The notes under the pieces: model-generated
Told to the model about the DNA's origin: nothing
Databases searched by the model: none
Seen by the model: the letters and a program-made list of their open reading frames with translations, nothing else
Position numbers and translations under genes: made by a program
Virus record (IMG/VR): IMGVR_UViG_3300032236_002285
Span: 412,237 to 476,236 of that record
Length of the DNA: 64,000 nt
Direction: 5' to 3' (one strand)
In this document: positions 10,763 to 21,950 of the stretch, piece by piece
Layout: each line of letters begins with the position of its first letter
Numbering within the stretch: position 1 is the first letter of the stretch

Positions 10763-12136
10763 ATGAAATGGTTGAGAGGTTATAAATTATTCAAAGAAGC
10801 TAAGCAAGAAAAATCTTATAAGAATTTAATTAATGAGATATGTACTTGTATGGTACTCTTAAACAATGAATTCTTAGATAATTTATTAGATAGAGGATTG
10901 AAAGCAAGATATTCTGAAAACTCAGAAATATTTGTTACTGACTTAAAAAATTTGTTATTAGCTAAGAATAGATTGAATTTAGGTAAGTTTGAAGGTGATA
11001 CTTGTATTGCTGATGATGAGCTAGCAAAGGTTAATATGGCTTTTGATGGTATTGAGTTTGATATTGAGAAAGATTGGGATAAATTAGTTTCTGCTAGAAC
11101 AACTGCTAGAAATATTATTGATAAGTTATTATTAGATTCTAAACTAAAACCAGAGATGATTAAAAATATCTACTGGATTGGTCCTAATAAAGATACCGAT
11201 CATGAGGAAGATATAGTTATAGAAGATAAAAATGGTCAACAATATAGTTTTTACTTAAATAAAAATCTTGCTACACAAAAAACTGCTTCATTTAGTTTAT
11301 TTGCTGATGACTTGATTGGTGCTGATATTGATAAATTATATAAAGATGAGTATTTACCTAAATGGGATAAATTAACTCAAGAATGGATTAGATTAATCTA
11401 TGAGAATGCTAATAAAAATATTCAACAATTAATTGAGAAGTTTATTGACCCTAAAAGAATTGATACAATTGGTTATTTTGAATACTATGACATAAGACAT
11501 AAAGACCCAAAATTCAAACACTTAGGTGAATTTGTTAGAGAGTTTGAAAAGAATATTTTAAAGTTTTCAGATTTAATGTCTGAAATATGGAAGAATAAAG
11601 ATAATTGCTTTATGGACTCAAATAGAGTTACTAAGGAATGGATGGAAGTTAAAATAGTTATTCTTAACTCTAAAATTCTTGAGAATCTATTAACAACAAG
11701 TCTTAAATCAAATCATGTTGATGATATTCAAAAAGTTGAAGATAGTTGGAAATTGGCTGGTGGAACCGTTAAGATGAAACTATTTAAGACTTTAGTTGAA
11801 AAAATGGGTTGTCTAGAAAGACCTGTTTACTTCTTGGGTAAAAATGGTGACATCTTTAATCTAGTCCCATCAAGAGAATTCTTTAGAGAAAACTATGATG
11901 ACTTAAATATTAAATTTGATTATCATGTTAACTTTAATGTTAGTGACGAAGAAGAGAATAATGATTTCACAATTAAAATAAAACTAGAGTTAGATGACAA
12001 CACATTGATAGATATGTTTGTTATAGTTAAATTCTCTGGTGGTGAAATGTCTGGTAAATTATCAGCTAAATATAAATTTGATATCGCTGATAACTTTAAT
12101 TATTTAATTTCCAAAAAACAATCTAGTGTTGAATAA
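10763..12136 (+). CDS. Hypothetical protein with CTS-like N-terminus
   Basis: Likely start ATG 10763 (MKWLRGYKLFKEA), 457 aa. Confidence 0.75.
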   Translation: MKWLRGYKLFKEAKQEKSYKNLINEICTCMVLLNNEFLDNLLDRGLKARYSENSEIFVTDLKNLLLAKNRLNLGKFEGDTCIADDELAKVNMAFDGIEFDIEKDWDKLVSARTTARNIIDKLLLDSKLKPEMIKNIYWIGPNKDTDHEEDIVIEDKNGQQYSFYLNKNLATQKTASFSLFADDLIGADIDKLYKDEYLPKWDKLTQEWIRLIYENANKNIQQLIEKFIDPKRIDTIGYFEYYDIRHKDPKFKHLGEFVREFEKNILKFSDLMSEIWKNKDNCFMDSNRVTKEWMEVKIVILNSKILENLLTTSLKSNHVDDIQKVEDSWKLAGGTVKMKLFKTLVEKMGCLERPVYFLGKNGDIFNLVPSREFFRENYDDLNIKFDYHVNFNVSDEEENNDFTIKIKLELDDNTLIDMFVIVKFSGGEMSGKLSAKYKFDIADNFNYLISKKQSSVE

Positions 12137-12187
12137 ATTTTAGGAATACATGATATAAAAATATATATCTAAAATTCTTAAAATTAA

Positions 12188-15100
12188 ATGGCTTTACCTG
12201 GTTTATTTCCACTTTACCCCGATCCAATACCAATGAAATATCAAGTTTCATTAGGTCTACCGCCTCTTCCGGTAAGTGAAATAACTAAGTCAATTGGTAT
12301 AACTTCATCAAGCTCATTTTTAGTTCCTAATATTGAATATCTTCAAAAGTTTATTGAAGGTGATTTAGGAATTGCTGATAAGGCAGTAAAAGAAACATTA
12401 TATAAAAACTTTAATGACCCTATTGCTCAGAATAATGATAAAGTATTCAAAAGCTATGCTAGTCTAAATCAAATTGACATACCAGATATTAATAAGTATA
12501 AAGTAGATGGTAAAATAAAATTCCCTAAAGAAGATGTAACAGCTCCTAATTTAGATGGCATTGGATTCAAAGCATTTGAGAAAACCATTATGACTTCTAT
12601 CTTTGAAACTCAGAAACCATATCTTGAAGTTGCTAAATTAGTTATTGCTAATGTTGCTAAAATAGAAGACATAACCGCAAGAGTCATGCCTTTATTGGGT
12701 GTTCCTCTTAAAACTAAATCGCTAAAACCAACAGGTAATAGTGGTGCGGGTGATAGACCTAAAGCAATTGGTTATCAAAATGGTGATGAGTTAAAGAAAG
12801 CTCTTTCTCAATTACAAACACTAACTAATCAAGGATCAAAGATAAAAATAGATAAAAATGGTAATGCTACTCAAAGTATAACACCAACCGGAACAGCAAG
12901 CGTTTCGGGTAACGGTGATAATACAAACTGGCAGATACTATCAAGTGTTTATTCAACTGGTAAATTCATACCAGGCATAGACTATCAATATACTTATATT
13001 GATTTACCAAGCCAAACAAAGAACACACCAGAAACAGCTGACTTAAATTTAGGAGATGATGATCCATATAGTGGTTATAAACCAGAGAGAATAATATTGG
13101 GTATATTTAGATCGGATGGAACGCCATTAGATCCTAATGAATATCTAAAGACTATTGGTTCAAATGGCAATAATATAACATATAATGAAACAAATTTCAA
13201 AAGAGCTGATTGGGTATTAAAATCACCGAAGTGGCATTTACCACCATATCTTTCAGATACAAGATCGGCTATTTACTCTTGGCCGGCATTTGGCTCACCA
13301 ACATATAAGTGGAAAGGTCCTTTATTATTAACTCAAGATAGTAAGACGAAACCAGCGGATGGTTGGGAAATAATGAAATATGAAAAAGGAGATAAGAATG
13401 TAATTACCGGAGATGACGCTATCGAAGGTGACCCAATAATAACTGGGTTTGATACTAATCAAATTAATGAGTATAAGTCTTATTTTACCGATACGGTTAA
13501 ATATAAAATGAATCAATCTGATGGTTTAGAACAAACAGAAAAAGATCAATATTCTAATGAAATAATTAGCAAACTAAATATTCAATCACATCTTCAAAAT
13601 GTTTACTTATATGGTCAATCAAAGTCATCTGTTTACAAACAAATTAATAATAAACCGGCTTACCCTGAATCATTAAAAATATCTTTTAAGCCTTTTCAGA
13701 TATATTCAGCATCGGCTTCTCAAGATGTTAATCTTGCTGCTTATAATAAATCAGTGGGTTTACAACCAGGATTTATTTGGATTGATCCAGAATCTGATTA
13801 TGAAACAAAGATAATAAGAGTTGATCCTACAACTAAAATTGCTTTTGAAGAGGGAAAAGGTCAGCCTCAAATTTCATCAACAATTAAATCATTTGTTAAA
13901 AACAAAGCCAGTTTTAGTATATCTAATGGTCAAAACTTTAATATTGATATTCAAAAGAACGGCTTAGTAACGGAATCATTTACAAATGTTAATCAGTATG
14001 TTCTTGAAAATTGGAATTATAATTCAGATACTAATTTACCACCAGAAAATAGATTTGAGAATACTAACTTTTATAACATCTCTATTTGGTCAACAACACC
14101 TACAAAAGACTATGTTAATAAATCAGGAACAATAGAATTAAATCCTGACTCCTACTATCGTGAGTTAGTTAGAGAAAATGATAAATGGCTATATAAATCA
14201 TATATCTATGATAGCAATGGTGATAAATCTTATGTCGTGATATCAGATGGTGATATACTACTTAATGATAATATGAAAACTAGAGTTAGAATTCAAAATG
14301 GTTATATTATAAGATGGTATTATGCTTATAATAGAGTATTTAATGCTACAAACCTACCCGCATTTGGAAAAGGAAGAAACTTAGTATTAAACTACACAAA
14401 CGATTTGGATTCAAATTCTAACTTAATCATAAACACAACAGATACTGATATACCTTTATATCAATTAAAAGTCGAAAATAGTGATTTTCCTTATGGTAAA
14501 ATTATAGACCCATCAAAAATAACTAACGACAACTTAATTAAAGACCAATTATTCTCAAAAGGTAAGTATGGTCATGGTGATGCTGAAAATCCACAAGAGA
14601 TAGAAGTTATACAAAGATATATGCTAACTGATTTAGACACAGAGTCTTATTATATCATAGAGGGAGTTTTAACAGAAAAAAATACACAAACTGACACGGT
14701 ACCTTCAACAGGCGGCGCTGCGTCCGGTGGTGGTTATTATAGACTACCACATGCTTTAGGTGCGACTAAAGTTTTCTTATCTTTATTAGTAGATATCTTT
14801 TCAAAGTTAATACCTCAAATAACTAAGATGATAGCTCTTTTCAAAAATCCAGGAAGTTTTATAATAGACATTATACAAAGAAAGTTAGGTGAAGGTTTTT
14901 CTATTTTTTCTAAACAATCATTTGATACATTTGAAAAGGCAAAATCTATTTCAAATAAGAAAGTTGATAGCACCAATAGAGTATCCGATAAGGTTAATAG
15001 GCTTAAAGATACATTTAAAAACTCACCATTATCTAATGTGGTTTATGTTGATAAAAAAGGTAATTACAAATTTTTACTTGATGGTGTAGCTATGTTACCA

Positions 15101-16483
15101 TTTGAGATGTTTGGTTTAAGTATTCCTTTTGGTGCTGATTTGAACTTTTCTAATTTACCTGATGTGCCTATAAAATTAATAACAGATGTTAAAACAGCAA
15201 AAGCTAAAAATATTCAAGACTTCTTAAAACCTAAGTTAAAAGAATTTAACGGACCAGGTAGTACCGGTGTTGCGCCAACAGGAGCAGGAAAGCTAGCACC
15301 TGGATTAAATATCTCAGATATAAAGTCAATTAAAGATGATCCTATTTATAATACTAATGTAAATAATGGTAAAACCAATCCTAATGATTATCAGATTATT
15401 GATGTTAAATATTCAACTGGTTCTTATATAAATGGTGTGAATTATAATTATATTTATATTAATCAAGATGAAGATAAAATATTAACTGATGCTAATAATT
15501 TAGTAAATACTCCTAATGAAGCGGTCGATTTACCTAAGGCTCAAAAAACTTTACAGGATTTGAATGATGCTCAAAAGAAAGACCCTACAAATGAGGCAAT
15601 AAAAGATATGATTAATAAACTTAAAAATAAGTTAGCAAATCTTTCTGATAATACTCAACCAATTATTAAAATGTTATTAGGCTTTGTTACAATACCTGTA
15701 AAAATAATTGGTGGTATAATAAGTTGGTTAATGGACTTTTTCAAAAGTCTAACAAATCCACTAACACTACCTGCTAAAATAGCAGAATTATTATCTTTTA
15801 GTTGGCTCATGAAGTTTTTCACACCTATTGGTATGATGGAACTTATAGGATTTAAGTTTGAACCAGCTAAACTAGCAGAGTGGCTTGCCTTGGTTAAGGT
15901 ACCAAGTGTAAAACCACCTAATATATCACCTAAAATACCAGATGGTTTTGATTTACCAAGTGCTCATTATTACAAGGATGCAACACCAAAAGGTAGATTT
16001 TTAATACCAGATGATTTTGATATAGCTGACTTAAATATGGTAATTGCTGCTCCGTTTATTCCTAAATTACCAACCTATACAGCTAGACAATTCAGAGAGA
16101 ATCCAACAAGACCTATTAAGTTAATATTGCCTTTTCTTTGTTTCTTTGAAAAAATAATAAATGGTATAATTGATTTTATTTGGTCAACATTAGGTATAGA
16201 AGCTTTAATACCAGCACCTCATATAAAATTATGTAGTAATTCAGTAAATCCTAGTATAAGTGATGCTGTTAAGATAGCTGATGACTTGAAGAAAACGGGA
16301 ACTGAACCGGTTGCTACAGGTGGTACCTTTAGTAATGGTAGTAGCACTAATATACCAACAGATGCTGGGTTTTTATATGATATAACTCTTGATAATGGGA
16401 CCGTAGTAAAAGGTTTAAACTATGAAGAAATGCAAAAGTATATTAAAGACCATGAGAATATTGGTTATGATTTTAAATTCTAA
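12188..16483 (+). CDS. Large (1431 aa) hypothetical virion-type protein with internal repeat
   Basis: Long ORF; YSTGx[FY]IxG[IV][DN]YxYxYI motif occurs twice; amphipathic helical segments in C-terminal half. Confidence 0.7.
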   Translation: MALPGLFPLYPDPIPMKYQVSLGLPPLPVSEITKSIGITSSSSFLVPNIEYLQKFIEGDLGIADKAVKETLYKNFNDPIAQNNDKVFKSYASLNQIDIPDINKYKVDGKIKFPKEDVTAPNLDGIGFKAFEKTIMTSIFETQKPYLEVAKLVIANVAKIEDITARVMPLLGVPLKTKSLKPTGNSGAGDRPKAIGYQNGDELKKALSQLQTLTNQGSKIKIDKNGNATQSITPTGTASVSGNGDNTNWQILSSVYSTGKFIPGIDYQYTYIDLPSQTKNTPETADLNLGDDDPYSGYKPERIILGIFRSDGTPLDPNEYLKTIGSNGNNITYNETNFKRADWVLKSPKWHLPPYLSDTRSAIYSWPAFGSPTYKWKGPLLLTQDSKTKPADGWEIMKYEKGDKNVITGDDAIEGDPIITGFDTNQINEYKSYFTDTVKYKMNQSDGLEQTEKDQYSNEIISKLNIQSHLQNVYLYGQSKSSVYKQINNKPAYPESLKISFKPFQIYSASASQDVNLAAYNKSVGLQPGFIWIDPESDYETKIIRVDPTTKIAFEEGKGQPQISSTIKSFVKNKASFSISNGQNFNIDIQKNGLVTESFTNVNQYVLENWNYNSDTNLPPENRFENTNFYNISIWSTTPTKDYVNKSGTIELNPDSYYRELVRENDKWLYKSYIYDSNGDKSYVVISDGDILLNDNMKTRVRIQNGYIIRWYYAYNRVFNATNLPAFGKGRNLVLNYTNDLDSNSNLIINTTDTDIPLYQLKVENSDFPYGKIIDPSKITNDNLIKDQLFSKGKYGHGDAENPQEIEVIQRYMLTDLDTESYYIIEGVLTEKNTQTDTVPSTGGAASGGGYYRLPHALGATKVFLSLLVDIFSKLIPQITKMIALFKNPGSFIIDIIQRKLGEGFSIFSKQSFDTFEKAKSISNKKVDSTNRVSDKVNRLKDTFKNSPLSNVVYVDKKGNYKFLLDGVAMLPFEMFGLSIPFGADLNFSNLPDVPIKLITDVKTAKAKNIQDFLKPKLKEFNGPGSTGVAPTGAGKLAPGLNISDIKSIKDDPIYNTNVNNGKTNPNDYQIIDVKYSTGSYINGVNYNYIYINQDEDKILTDANNLVNTPNEAVDLPKAQKTLQDLNDAQKKDPTNEAIKDMINKLKNKLANLSDNTQPIIKMLLGFVTIPVKIIGGIISWLMDFFKSLTNPLTLPAKIAELLSFSWLMKFFTPIGMMELIGFKFEPAKLAEWLALVKVPSVKPPNISPKIPDGFDLPSAHYYKDATPKGRFLIPDDFDIADLNMVIAAPFIPKLPTYTARQFRENPTRPIKLILPFLCFFEKIINGIIDFIWSTLGIEALIPAPHIKLCSNSVNPSISDAVKIADDLKKTGTEPVATGGTFSNGSSTNIPTDAGFLYDITLDNGTVVKGLNYEEMQKYIKDHENIGYDFKF

Positions 16484-16535
16484 TAAACATTTTAGTAAGC
16501 TTCATATATAACTAAAAACATAAATTAAATTAAAA

Positions 16536-16757
16536 ATGGGAAAAGCAGCAAAAGAACACCGTAAGAAAGTTCAAGCAAGAAACAATCGCATCAATCAACA
16601 AAAGCAAAAAGTGCAAAAGATGCAAAAAGATTTTATCATGAATTTGATTAAGCAAGAGCAAGAAAAAGGAATGTTTGAGAATAATCCAAGTATTACACCA
16701 ATGCCGGGATTGAATGGACCAGCAATCGATACAACAATAGAAGGACCTTCTATCTAA
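16536..16757 (+). CDS. Small basic coiled-coil protein
   Basis: K/R/Q-rich N-terminus, high-expression-style codons. Confidence 0.65.
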   Translation: MGKAAKEHRKKVQARNNRINQQKQKVQKMQKDFIMNLIKQEQEKGMFENNPSITPMPGLNGPAIDTTIEGPSI

Positions 16758-16763
16758 TACTAT

Positions 16764-16943
16764 TTAAAATAAAAAAAAGGCTTTGCTTGGTTGAACTAAT
16801 TTAGTTCTCTCAAACAGAGCCTTATTTATTTTAGCAACAAGATATTTTCTTGCTAGTTCCGTCTTAGGACAAGATGGCTTTTCCATCTTACACTTAATAA
16901 GGTACCAATTTGCTAAAAGAATCGAATCTATGTCTTGTTTCAT
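16764..16943 (-). CDS. Possible 59-aa hypothetical protein (below ORF-track cutoff)
   Basis: MKQDIDSILLANWYLIKC...AFFLF* fills the intergenic gap. Confidence 0.35.
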   Translation of the reverse strand: MKQDIDSILLANWYLIKCKMEKPSCPKTELARKYLVAKINKALFERTKLVQPSKAFFLF

Positions 16944-17001
16944 TTAATATTTAAACTTTTAATGAGATTATATATAAAAAAATAAAATCAATTTTCTTAT
17001 T

Positions 17002-18087
17002 TTGAAAAATAAATCTACATACACAACACCTACACTGAATCTTAATGTAAATAAAGATGATGCTGAATTAAATGACTTTTTATATTGTTGGGAACAATTT
17101 GGAACTCGTCCTAATAAAATAGTTATACATAATACATACTCAACAAAGCCATTTAACCAGCTTTTATCAGAGTTAATAATTGAAAAAAATTATTTTACAG
17201 AGATTTTACCAGCAGAAGATGAGTTTGTCATCAATGATAAAATGTTTGTTAAAATAACAGATGAAGTTTATTGCGCATATGTGGTTGTTGATAGAAAACA
17301 TGAAAACTCTATTATCAGCGAACTAACATTCTTTTACAAATCAGAAGAAGATTTCAAAACTATTCAAGAAATTGTAGAAGATCTAAATACTTGCACACTT
17401 AATTTTCAAGAAGAAGAATCTAATAATCTAAATACAATTGCGCTAAGCACTACCAGTGGTTTAGAAATAGAGCCTATTGAAATGTCTGAGCTAGATATTG
17501 ATAATTTTGATTTGTATTACACAAAGAGTACCGGTAAAGATATTAACAAACTAGTAAAAGAGATTAAAAAATCTGATAAAGGTTTAAGTATATTATACGG
17601 TGAAAGAGGAACAGGTAAAACATCAGTTATTAACTTCTTAGCATCTAAACTTGATAGAATTGTAATATTCATACCAAATAGTATGATTGAACACACTATA
17701 AACAATCCAGAGTTTAGAAAATTCTTAAAAAGATATACCAAACCGGTAATTGTAATTGATGATTGTGAGATGATGTTTCATGAATATTTTAATAAATCAA
17801 ATATGTTTGTAAATAATCTTTTACAAATGGTAGATGGTTTCTTATCTGATTCAATGGAGGTAAATGTAGTTGCTATATTTAATGTTAATAGTGATGATGA
17901 AATAGACCATTCTCTTTTAGAGTCAAATAACTTGATAAGAGTTATTGAATTTGATCATTTATCATCTGAAGAAGCAACGGATTTATCTGAATTTATAGGA
18001 TACAAAAAGCAATATAAAAACAAAACAAAGGTTTTAGATATAATAAGGAATAGAAAACCAAAGGATGTGAAGGAGTTTGGTTTGTAA
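17002..18087 (+). CDS. AAA+ family ATPase
   Basis: Walker A GERGTGKT, Walker B IVIDDCE, LLQMVDG; TTG start. Confidence 0.85.
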   Translation: MKNKSTYTTPTLNLNVNKDDAELNDFLYCWEQFGTRPNKIVIHNTYSTKPFNQLLSELIIEKNYFTEILPAEDEFVINDKMFVKITDEVYCAYVVVDRKHENSIISELTFFYKSEEDFKTIQEIVEDLNTCTLNFQEEESNNLNTIALSTTSGLEIEPIEMSELDIDNFDLYYTKSTGKDINKLVKEIKKSDKGLSILYGERGTGKTSVINFLASKLDRIVIFIPNSMIEHTINNPEFRKFLKRYTKPVIVIDDCEMMFHEYFNKSNMFVNNLLQMVDGFLSDSMEVNVVAIFNVNSDDEIDHSLLESNNLIRVIEFDHLSSEEATDLSEFIGYKKQYKNKTKVLDIIRNRKPKDVKEFGL

Positions 18088-18104
18088 AAAAAATATATAT
18101 ACAC

Positions 18105-18446
18105 ATGATTTCAGAACTAAAAGATGACGAAATATTAGATTTCTTGATGACTTCCGACTTCGAAGATGATTATTCTCCAACAGAGCTAAAATATCTATTG
18201 GTTAAATGGAGATATTTTTACAGACTTCAAAACGGTGCGTTAGAAAGAAGGTCAGTTGATTTAGAAGGTAAAATAAGAATTTTAGAAGAAAAAGTTAATG
18301 CTCAAGAAAGAGAGAAAACAAATCTTCAAATTCAATTAGCTGATAGTCAAAACACCATCGATAGTATGAAAAACAGAAATCTTACCTTCAAGGAAAGATG
18401 GTCTGGAAAAATTATTCTAAAAGAAGATGAAAATACAAGAGTTTAA
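18105..18446 (+). CDS. Coiled-coil hypothetical protein
   Basis: Heptad-rich C-terminal half. Confidence 0.65.
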   Translation: MISELKDDEILDFLMTSDFEDDYSPTELKYLLVKWRYFYRLQNGALERRSVDLEGKIRILEEKVNAQEREKTNLQIQLADSQNTIDSMKNRNLTFKERWSGKIILKEDENTRV

Positions 18447-19551
18447 AAAACTAGAAGAGAAAATAACGGGTCAAGACTTCAATAGAGGTTATAAAAACAT
18501 TAATACTTTAATGCTTATACTTTCTATTTTTGGACACTTTGCCTCTATTTTCTTGGCTTATTTTATGGTTTCTAAAGTTTTATCAGGTGCTATGACTGAT
18601 AACCCTGTTGCTGTGTTCATAGCTTCAATCGTAATCCTTTCTGGATTAGAGTTATTAAAAAGAGATATCTTTGATAAATTCAGTATTCAATACTTGAAAT
18701 TCAAATCATTTACAAAAGAAGTTTTACCGCTTTTTATTTTAAGTGTTGCTATTATAAGTATATCTTTCTACTCATCTATATCAGGTGCTAAAGAGTTTTC
18801 ATCTAAAGCCGCAGTGATTGAGCAAAACAAAAAAGAAGTGGTTAGTCAGTTTGCTGATAGTTTAACTAAAATTTATGATGCTAAAGTATCTGAAATTGAT
18901 AGTGAAATTAAATCAGATAAAGATAAAATTGATGCTAAAGATAAAGAACAAACAGATCTTGAAGCTATTCAACCACCTACTCGTTCTCAAAGATCTAGAA
19001 TTAAAGACTTAAAAGATGAGAAGACTATTTTAAGAAATGAGATTACTAAATTTGAAAGTGATCAAAATAATATTAAAGCTGAGCTTGCTACTAAGTTAAA
19101 AGAACATGAAACTGAAGTAAGTAAAGATGCTGATAGTAAAAAGAAAGATAACAGCTCTAACTCTTTAGCATTTGTTTTAATATCAACTTTGATTGAATTG
19201 GTTATCTTAGCTGGTGTTTATTTCAATGAGTATTATAAATTCAGATCGTATAGAGAATTTAGAAATAAAATTGAAAAAGATCCTAACTATCAAAAATGGA
19301 TGCTTTACGACCAAATGTTACACATTGTTTACACAGAAGATTCTAAAATGAATCAAAAACTACCAGCTAATAAAGGTATTGCTGATATGTGTAAAGTAAA
19401 TGATATCATTGTTATGCCTAAAGATATCACAGATTTCTTAAAAGTTATGAACGGTCTTGGTATTATTAAAACATCTGGTTCAACTAGGTATATAAATAAG
19501 CAAAGAGATTTAGCTTTTGAGATTTTAAGAAGACATTTTAATATTCAATAA
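18427..19551 (+). CDS. Multi-pass membrane protein with long coiled coil
   Basis: Three N-terminal hydrophobic helices, charged coiled coil, fourth helix LAFVLISTLIELVILAGVYF. Confidence 0.75.
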   Translation: MKIQEFKKLEEKITGQDFNRGYKNINTLMLILSIFGHFASIFLAYFMVSKVLSGAMTDNPVAVFIASIVILSGLELLKRDIFDKFSIQYLKFKSFTKEVLPLFILSVAIISISFYSSISGAKEFSSKAAVIEQNKKEVVSQFADSLTKIYDAKVSEIDSEIKSDKDKIDAKDKEQTDLEAIQPPTRSQRSRIKDLKDEKTILRNEITKFESDQNNIKAELATKLKEHETEVSKDADSKKKDNSSNSLAFVLISTLIELVILAGVYFNEYYKFRSYREFRNKIEKDPNYQKWMLYDQMLHIVYTEDSKMNQKLPANKGIADMCKVNDIIVMPKDITDFLKVMNGLGIIKTSGSTRYINKQRDLAFEILRRHFNIQ

Positions 19552-19552
19552 T

Positions 19553-20359
19553 ATGTATATAGATTCTGTAATGAATTACACGGGAAGTAAATTCAAGCTA
19601 CTTGAACAATTACTTCCCGTTTTTGATTATACAAAACCTTACTTTGTAGATGTATTTGCCGGTGGTGGCTCAATCTACACAAATGTCGTTGATAAGTATC
19701 AAAAGGTATTAGTCAATGATGTTATATCTGATTTAGTCGGAATACATCAAAATCTTCTATTAGGAGACGAAATTATTCAAACAACTAAAGAACTATGCCC
19801 GGGTAAAAATAACCCAACCAAGTTCGCCGAATTGAGAAATTCATACAATTTAGAACCAACACCTGCTAAACTTTGGGCTTTGATGTTATCATCAACTAAT
19901 AATATGATGAGGTTCAATCAAAAGTTCAAGTATAATCAAACTTATGGTGATAGAGGTTGGAATGCTAACACTGATAAGAAGGTAGAAACATTTACTAATC
20001 ATATCAGACAATACAAAGAAAGGATTAAATTCATTTCTAAACCATTTGATCAGATAGAGATATCTTCAAATAAAATTATGTTTTATTGTGATCCGCCATA
20101 CAAAAACTCAAATGCTGGTTATAACGCATATTGGAAAAATGAAGATGAGGATAAGTTATATGAATATCTAAAAAAAATAGACAACCATGGTTCTTCATTT
20201 ATGGTATCTGGAGTTTTAAAACATAATAATATTGAATCTGAGTTGTTAAAAAAACTGATATCAGATGGATATAAGTATAAAGAGTTAAGATTTGATTATA
20301 ATAAGGTCTCAAGAGTTGGTAAAAAAGAAACAACGGAGATTATAGTTATGAACTATTAG
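19553..20359 (+). CDS. dam: DNA adenine methyltransferase (Dam/D12 class)
   Basis: MNYTGSKFKLL, FVDVFAGGGS (motif I), FYCDPPY (motif IV). Confidence 0.9.
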   Translation: MYIDSVMNYTGSKFKLLEQLLPVFDYTKPYFVDVFAGGGSIYTNVVDKYQKVLVNDVISDLVGIHQNLLLGDEIIQTTKELCPGKNNPTKFAELRNSYNLEPTPAKLWALMLSSTNNMMRFNQKFKYNQTYGDRGWNANTDKKVETFTNHIRQYKERIKFISKPFDQIEISSNKIMFYCDPPYKNSNAGYNAYWKNEDEDKLYEYLKKIDNHGSSFMVSGVLKHNNIESELLKKLISDGYKYKELRFDYNKVSRVGKKETTEIIVMNY

Positions 20360-20447
20360 ATATATTTAAATATATTGATCCTCCCTATTAAAAATCCAAA
20401 GAAAGCGCACTTTTTAATATATAAACCATAAAAAATAAAAATAAATT

Positions 20448-20663
20448 ATGGAATACTTAGACAAATACGATAAATTGGTTAAGTTACTTACAGAAGATTT
20501 TGAGATTGAAGGTAAGAATTTTAATCTAAAAGATGACTTTGAAAAGTTCTTCGTAAAAGGCAACAAAACTGCAGGCACTCGTATTAGAAAAGCAATGCAA
20601 GAGTTAAAGAAATTATCTCAAGAAGTTAGAAATGATGTTCAAGAGTATAAAACTAAAATCTAA
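20448..20663 (+). CDS. Histone H1-like (Hc1-family) nucleoid protein
   Basis: KGNKTAGTRIRKAMQELKKLSQEVR resembles the Bacteroidota Hc1-like consensus KGNKAAGTRARK. Confidence 0.75.
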   Translation: MEYLDKYDKLVKLLTEDFEIEGKNFNLKDDFEKFFVKGNKTAGTRIRKAMQELKKLSQEVRNDVQEYKTKI

Positions 20664-20675
20664 TGAAAAGATATT

Positions 20676-20702
20676 AAAACCCATCTCAAAAAGATGGGTT
20701 TT
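20676..20702 (+). terminator. Intrinsic terminator
   Basis: aaaacccatct-caaaa-agatgggtttt. Confidence 0.75.
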
Positions 20703-20740
20703 GCTTTTTAATATATAATTATACAAATAAGATTTATAAT

Positions 20741-21325
20741 ATGAAAAAGTTCAGTAACATATCAAACGTAAAGGTTTCAGAAGAACCTAAAATAGAAGTT
20801 AAACAATTAAACGAAGAAGAAATGTTTAAGGTTAAGGTAATGAACCTTATGGAACAACTTCTTTCTGTAAGAACTTATGGCCCGGTTGATAGATATCTAA
20901 GAGCCGGTAACATTAAAGTTGTTGGTAAAGAAATGTTTTTAGAAGCTTTAATGGACTTACTAAAAGATAAATCTTCAAAAGATGAAAAGAAAATATTAGA
21001 ATCACTTAAAGCTGAAGTTTCCAACTGGGAAGTGATTGATTCTAAAATTGATGAAGTAAATCAAAAAATTGCTGAGAATCAAGAAAAGGATAAAATGATT
21101 CCTCATAGAAACAAGCTCAAATCTCTTTATAATAACTACGGTCAAGACGAAGAAATGTTTATGAACATGGTTCAAGAAGCTTGTAACAAAATTACAAATA
21201 GCGAAACAGCTTATTTAAGAGGTTTAACAGCCGAATATATGGCTAATGAAGGTAAATACCCAAAAGAAGTATTTGCTAAAGTATCTGAATTATTTAAAGA
21301 AAAATCTAAACAATTAGGCTCATAA
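20741..21325 (+). CDS. Hypothetical protein
   Basis: 194-aa helical ORF; upstream TAATATATA at 20709-20717. Confidence 0.7.
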   Translation: MKKFSNISNVKVSEEPKIEVKQLNEEEMFKVKVMNLMEQLLSVRTYGPVDRYLRAGNIKVVGKEMFLEALMDLLKDKSSKDEKKILESLKAEVSNWEVIDSKIDEVNQKIAENQEKDKMIPHRNKLKSLYNNYGQDEEMFMNMVQEACNKITNSETAYLRGLTAEYMANEGKYPKEVFAKVSELFKEKSKQLGS

Positions 21326-21332
21326 TTAATTA

Positions 21333-21587
21333 ATGACTGATCTAACAGACAATCAACTTGAAAAGCTTTATGCTATGTCTGAAATCCACTACAAATGGTT
21401 CCAGATATATTCTCCTGAGACTAAATATGAAGATGTTTTAAAGCTTAATCATATAAAGATGTTAAGTATAATGGAAGGTTGTTCTGATTGTTCAGAAGAT
21501 ATGTTAGATTTTATTTTTGATGCTATTATTAGAGATTATAAAGAAATGTTAAATGATTATTCAATTGGCTTAGACGATATTATCTAA
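21333..21587 (+). CDS. Hypothetical protein
   Basis: 84-aa ORF. Confidence 0.6.
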   Translation: MTDLTDNQLEKLYAMSEIHYKWFQIYSPETKYEDVLKLNHIKMLSIMEGCSDCSEDMLDFIFDAIIRDYKEMLNDYSIGLDDII

Positions 21588-21950
21588 GTTCTTTCTTCTG
21601 CGATACTTTTGTTTTGACTTTTCCACTTCATCTTCGTTGTTTCCGTACATATAGTTATAATAATAAAGAAGTGTTGCGTCTTGTAAGTTTTCTTTAATAC
21701 AATCATCACAAATAGCAATCACGAATTGATCACCATCATGTGTTGAACCATAACCAGCGTCAATGATATGAATTATACCATTATCAATCATTTCATTATT
21801 GACATTAACCAAACTACCATCTTCTCTTCTTTCTCTTTTCCAAATAACATCCTCTTCACTTTGAGGGGGTGAATCTTCAGTTGAGATTTTAGAACCCATT
21901 CTTGGTGTATAAGGAATTACATTATTTTTCTTACAACAGATGCAATACAT
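21570..21950 (-). CDS. Zinc-binding hypothetical protein, C-tag
   Basis: CICC...CDDC; ends RRKNLDNIV. Confidence 0.65.
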   Translation of the reverse strand: MYCICCKKNNVIPYTPRMGSKISTEDSPPQSEEDVIWKRERREDGSLVNVNNEMIDNGIIHIIDAGYGSTHDGDQFVIAICDDCIKENLQDATLLYYYNYMYGNNEDEVEKSKQKYRRRKNLDNIV

